A stretch of 31,491 nt of DNA, taken from NCBI GenBank assembly GCA_031372065.1, contig JANMKN010000219.1, positions 1 to 31,491 of the forward strand, in the 5' to 3' direction. A program made the position numbers and the translations under genes. The DNA is from Abditibacteriaceae bacterium. GTDB taxonomy: Bacteria > Armatimonadota > Abditibacteriia > Abditibacteriales > Abditibacteriaceae. The first letter of the stretch is position 1; each line of letters begins with the position of its first letter. The notes beneath the pieces are model-generated. The model was given only the letters and a program-made list of their open reading frames with translations, was not told where the DNA came from and made no database searches. Of the stretch, positions 28,477 to 31,491 are shown piece after piece.

Positions 28477-28722
28477 TTACGAATTACCCCAGGGTGGAAG
28501 CAGAAATACTAAAACAAACCCAACCAAAACTAAAATAACGCTAACCATTATCTCGACTTGATTGCCAGATGTTTTCCCACTTCGTTTTTTCAAATTGCTG
28601 TAGATAAAGAGACCAAGCACCAGCAAAACAGCCAAAACGAGATCTGCGGAAAACCAGACCTCGCTCCAAGTCATCAAACCCTGATTTGGAAAGAAAAATG
28701 GAAAGTGGAATGGGCTGAACAT
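28477..28722 (-). CDS. Cassette gene: small two-TM membrane protein
   Basis: 81 aa, two hydrophobic helices, fills the cassette between two attC sites. Confidence 0.7.
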   Translation of the reverse strand: MFSPFHFPFFFPNQGLMTWSEVWFSADLVLAVLLVLGLFIYSNLKKRSGKTSGNQVEIMVSVILVLVGFVLVFLLPPWGNS

Positions 28723-28745
28723 GATTGTGCTTGACCTAAGTTAAA

Positions 28746-28774
28746 AGTATCGCTACCAACAACGTATCGCGCAA
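28746..28774 (-). promoter_or_regulatory. Cassette-borne sigma70-like promoter
   Basis: TTGCGC (28774-28769)-17 bp-GATACT (28751-28746). Confidence 0.6.
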
Positions 28775-28777
28775 GCG

Positions 28778-28881
28778 GCCCAACGACCAAGCTCACCCGC
28801 CGCCGGAAGCGCAGAGACCGCAGCGAGGAACGAGCGTAGGGAACGAAGCTGTAGGCGGTCGGGTGCAGCGCCTTGTTGGGC
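28778..28881 (-). repeat. attC site (104 bp)
   Basis: GCCCAAC...GTTGGGC; 28780-28881 is identical to 28326-28427. Confidence 0.93.
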
Positions 28882-28908
28882 TGCTTGTAGAAATGTTTTG
28901 GAAGCGGT

Positions 28909-29451
28909 TTAACCCGCAGCAAAATCAACGTGCCATTTCACGACCTTCCATCGCCCCGCCTGTTTCTTGAGTTCAATGCTGCTTTGGGTAAGAGAATTCT
29001 CCCATTTAGAGTCACTCCCCACGAGACCCCATCCCTGAACGCGCCACTGAATGCGTTCATCGCTAAGAGACTTAAATTTAGTCAAGCTAATTCTTTCAAC
29101 ATCAACGCGGCGCTTTGGGTCGTGTGAGTGCCGCCACTTGCTTTCTGTCCAAGCTGGATACACATTGAAACCTTCACGACGAAAAGCGGTGATGAGTGCA
29201 GCCGGTGTGACTTCACGACGCGATTCGTCAAAAGCCTCTATGAAGATGGGGGATGTGCGTTTTCCTGATTTGCGAGCTTCGCGCATCTCGTAACGGTAAT
29301 GGGAACTGGAACTACGGTAAAAGAGATAGTAGAAAGCATCTCTGCATGCTGCACGTTTCTCCCTGAGAGTAAGACGTGCGGATTTCTTTTCCGCAACTGA
29401 TGTCGCTGTGGAGAATGATAAAAGAATTGCACAAATGCAAAATAATCTCAT
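28909..29451 (-). CDS. Cassette gene: secreted basic hypothetical protein (180 aa)
   Basis: MRLFCICAILLSFSTATSVA signal peptide. ATG 29469 is an alternative start; the TTG at 29511 lies in the attC core. Confidence 0.78.
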   Translation of the reverse strand: MRLFCICAILLSFSTATSVAEKKSARLTLREKRAACRDAFYYLFYRSSSSHYRYEMREARKSGKRTSPIFIEAFDESRREVTPAALITAFRREGFNVYPAWTESKWRHSHDPKRRVDVERISLTKFKSLSDERIQWRVQGWGLVGSDSKWENSLTQSSIELKKQAGRWKVVKWHVDFAAG

Positions 29452-29505
29452 GCTTCCCAATTGTATCATTATTCCTTTTGCTCCGCATCCAAGCCGCGCG
29501 CAGCC

Positions 29506-29613
29506 GCCCAACGACCAAGCTCACCCGCCGCCGGAAGCCGGAGCGCAGTGGAGCGAGGCACGAGCGGAACGGAGCGCAGGCTGTAGGCGGTCGGGTGCAG
29601 CGCCTTGTTCTGT
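29506..29613 (-). repeat. attC site (108 bp), non-canonical R'' ACAGAAC
   Basis: ACAGAAC aaggc GCTGCAC ... GTGAGC ttggtc GTTGGGC. Confidence 0.92.
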
Positions 29614-29624
29614 CGCTTGTTGAC

Positions 29625-30431
29625 TCATTTCGGCAACTCGTCTGCCGAGCCTAGAAAGGCTGGCCCACAATCCGGCGGCAAGCAACTTACGATGTAATCT
29701 ACTATCACGGAAGCGTTTCCTCTCGCGAGTGTTTTGCCATTGTCATCCTGAACTTCGTATTGTGATTCAGCGCCATTCGACACATCATCTGGACGGCTGG
29801 CAGGAATGATAAACGGGCAAGGAACCAAAAATGGATAGCCAGTGCATTGACTAAAACCCAAACGGTTCATGCTGGTAAAAGGCATTAGCTTTCCCAAAAT
29901 GGGGTGAGAATGAGCCGTCTGCACCACTGATGCGAGAACTGAGAAGAATTTATCTTCAACTACTGTTTTGTGAAGTCTCTCCCACTTTTGTTCGACATAA
30001 ACTGCTGCGCCAGCAACGTAAGCATCGGCGGCTTCGGAAAACTCTACAAACGGAAATTGTTGTTTCAATTGACGTGGCGCGGTGTTTTGCCCTATCCAAG
30101 CATCCAACAGTTTCGCCGCCTCTTCCGGCGAGGAAGTATTGACGTGTCCGAGACAGACGCCCCTGTCCCAAAAGTCCAAGAGAAAAAGCCGTTCCATTAC
30201 AGCCACTGTCGGCTGTGACATTCGGGTTTCACTTCGCACAAAAGCCCAACAGCTACATTGTCCATCCGTTGTTGTATCTTTACCATCAACTTTTAGCGTG
30301 GAGCCTATTGCATCAAGGTGAAGTTGCAGCAGTTTTCGCAGACTGCCTTGTTCTTTCAAATCAGGATAGCGCAGATTTACGAACTTATTGTTGCTTGTTA
30401 AATCGTGGTATTCATCTAATGAATCGCTCAT
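29625..30431 (-). CDS. Cassette gene: DUF6193-like protein (268 aa)
   Basis: YPDLKEQGSL, ERLFLLDFWDRGV, LMPFTSMNRLGFSQCTGYPF, LPPDCGPA resemble the DUF6193 family (recognised from memory); ATG 30431 with AAGGGTG RBS. Confidence 0.75.
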   Translation of the reverse strand: MSDSLDEYHDLTSNNKFVNLRYPDLKEQGSLRKLLQLHLDAIGSTLKVDGKDTTTDGQCSCWAFVRSETRMSQPTVAVMERLFLLDFWDRGVCLGHVNTSSPEEAAKLLDAWIGQNTAPRQLKQQFPFVEFSEAADAYVAGAAVYVEQKWERLHKTVVEDKFFSVLASVVQTAHSHPILGKLMPFTSMNRLGFSQCTGYPFLVPCPFIIPASRPDDVSNGAESQYEVQDDNGKTLARGNASVIVDYIVSCLPPDCGPAFLGSADELPK

Positions 30432-30447
30432 TTTGTCACCCTTGCTT

Positions 30448-30476
30448 AGTCTCGCTTTCAGCAAAGCCGCGCGCAA
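30448..30476 (-). promoter_or_regulatory. Cassette-borne sigma70-like promoter
   Basis: TTGCGC (30476-30471)-17 bp-GAGACT (30453-30448). Confidence 0.55.
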
Positions 30477-30479
30477 GCG

Positions 30480-30552
30480 ACAGAACGACTGAGTTCACCC
30501 GCCCCGCAAGGAGCCTGCGACTGTAGGGGTCGGGTGCAACGATTTGTTAGGC
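30480..30552 (-). repeat. attC site, short form (73 bp)
   Basis: GCCTAAC aaatc GTTGCAC ccgacccc...ggggcgg GTGAAC tcagtc GTTCTGT. Confidence 0.92.
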
Positions 30553-30741
30553 GGCGGTTGATGCCTTTTTCCTTCTGTTCACGTAGGACACATAGGCGTG
30601 CTTTGGCACCCAGTCTCGCCACGCATCATAAAAAACTTTTTCATGTTCAATGATAGTCGCGCGTTCGTCCTCTTTCAGAAGGTGGTCAACTGATGAGTTA
30701 TGATGAATTTGTTCAAGCACGTCCTCGCTTATTGCCCTCAC
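30547..30741 (-). CDS. Cassette gene: small hypothetical protein (64 aa)
   Basis: AGGAGG-5 bp-GTG start; stop TAA lies within the R'' box (GCCTAAC), a typical cassette layout. Confidence 0.65.
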   Translation of the reverse strand: MRAISEDVLEQIHHNSSVDHLLKEDERATIIEHEKVFYDAWRDWVPKHAYVSYVNRRKKASTAA

Positions 30742-30770
30742 TTCCGCCTCCTGCCAAGTTTTGCGACGCC

Positions 30771-30872
30771 GCCTAACGATTAAGCTCACCCGCCGCCGGA
30801 AGCGCCAGAGTGAAGCGAGGAACGAGCGAAACGGCGGCGCTGTAGGCGGTCGGGTGCAGCGCCTTGTTAGCC
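30771..30872 (-). repeat. attC site (102 bp)
   Basis: GGCTAAC aaggc GCTGCAC ... GTGAGC ttaatc GTTAGGC. Confidence 0.93.
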
Positions 30873-30916
30873 TGCTGTTGGGGACTTGCAGATGCGGCTT
30901 TGATGTTGAGCCGCTA

Positions 30917-31309
30917 TCATTTTGATGCTCTGCCCTCTTCCTGCGAAACGATGAACTCGTCTAATTCATCCCATCGTTTATTATTCTCTGGCACATTGGC
31001 ATTATCAAACTTCCAGCAACGGCTGAAAGTATCGCCAAGTTCCTTATTTCCACCTCGAACGAGTGCAGCCGTTTTCTCGAAGTATTCGTCAAAGTGGCAT
31101 TCCAAAATATGCTCCAAGATGCAAGTCGCAATGGCTGTTCTTACATCCTCGTTTTCACTTGAACCCCACTTGACCACCAGCGGCCAAATTACCTCCGGCG
31201 CGTGTTCACAATGACCATGTTCACCCAATGCGATGACCGCTTGCCAACGTGTGTGTTCGTCTGGCGAACCTATCTCCTTATCTATTTTCTCCAAGTCAAG
31301 TGAGATCAT
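30917..31309 (-). CDS. Cassette gene: small acidic HEAT-repeat-like protein (130 aa), probably leaderless
   Basis: SPDEHTRWQAVIALGE and SENEDVRTAIA HEAT-like motifs; ATG 31309 lies 6 bp after a -10 box. Confidence 0.78.
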   Translation of the reverse strand: MISLDLEKIDKEIGSPDEHTRWQAVIALGEHGHCEHAPEVIWPLVVKWGSSENEDVRTAIATCILEHILECHFDEYFEKTAALVRGGNKELGDTFSRCWKFDNANVPENNKRWDELDEFIVSQEEGRASK

Positions 31310-31315
31310 ATTTTG

Positions 31316-31344
31316 AGTATGACACACAGCAAAGTATCGCGCAG
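31316..31344 (-). promoter_or_regulatory. Cassette-borne sigma70-like promoter with extended -10
   Basis: CTGCGC (31344-31339)-17 bp-CATACT (31321-31316), preceded by TGn. Confidence 0.62.
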
Positions 31345-31346
31345 CA

Positions 31347-31454
31347 GGCTAACGCCAAGCTCAGCCGCCGCCGCAGGTAGCGACCAAGCTAAAATTACCC
31401 GACACGCTTTAATTTGCCAGAGCTTCGGCGGTCGGTTGCAGCGCCTTGTTAGAC
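31347..31454 (-). repeat. attC site (108 bp), divergent central loop
   Basis: GTCTAAC aaggc GCTGCAA ccgaccgccg...cggcggcgg CTGAGC ttggc GTTAGCC. Confidence 0.9.
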
Positions 31455-31491
31455 GGCGGTTGGTGACTTTTGCATCCAGTCCGAGAATTGA
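31449..31491 (-). CDS. Possible 3' end of the next cassette gene (partial)
   Basis: Open frame ...QFSDWMQKSPTAV* with TAA in the R'' box. Confidence 0.4.
   Translation of the reverse strand, partial: QFSDWMQKSPTAV

Larger units (their letters stand above)
28113..31491 (-). mobile_element. Integron gene-cassette array (6 intact attC + 1 half attC); integrase not in window
   Basis: Imperfect palindromes with R''(AAC)-5 bp-L''(GCTGCAC type, one extra base)...L'(GTGAGC type)-6 bp-R'(GTT) architecture separate single co-oriented minus-strand ORFs. Confidence 0.95.

Noticed and set aside
28239..28928. ORFs 28239..28454, 28270..28512 and 28674..28928
   Set aside because: They read through GC-rich attC palindromes (e.g. 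PNKALHPTA...RRRVSLVVG), a typical shadow-ORF artefact.
29312..30789. ORFs or N-terminal extensions starting inside attC or the cassette leader (29511, 29524, 30476, 30789) and plus-strand 29376..29654
   Set aside because: Starts fall in the recombination site or the putative -35 box; better starts with RBS, promoter or signal peptide lie downstream.
28324..31454. Regularly recurring repeats as a CRISPR array
   Set aside because: Repeats are 73-108 bp with attC architecture, the intervals are 200-870 bp and contain ORFs, and there are no cas genes.
1..31491. tRNA, rRNA, riboswitch, intein or reverse-transcriptase/DGR elements
   Set aside because: None recognised by eye; DnaB is normal length; a covariance-model scan would be needed to exclude small RNAs.

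Overview
Bacterial chromosomal window. Gene content suggests Armatimonadota/Abditibacteriota (inference from the DUF1559/H-X9-DG prepilin-like gene and the ECF-sigma-type fusion). Positions ~3-28 kb are mostly housekeeping and metabolic genes: pheS/pheT with an intervening TPR gene, dnaB, a SpoIIE/PP2C phosphatase, a tandem-domain ThyX-like gene, an AEC transporter, two aldo-keto reductases, DinB and secreted glycan-active proteins. The left end carries the 3' tip of an IS5-family element, apparently inserted into a membrane-anchored ECF sigma factor gene with four carbohydrate-binding-like repeats and an in-frame palindromic element. The right end (28.1-31.5 kb) is a minus-strand integron gene-cassette array with six intact attC sites and no integrase in the window. 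Five of six cassette starts share a leader, and in three it forms a sigma70-like promoter right next to the recombination core. The last cassette is ORF-less and highly structured. Its attC is cut at a CT dinucleotide by the remnant of an IS110-family (IS621-like) element.
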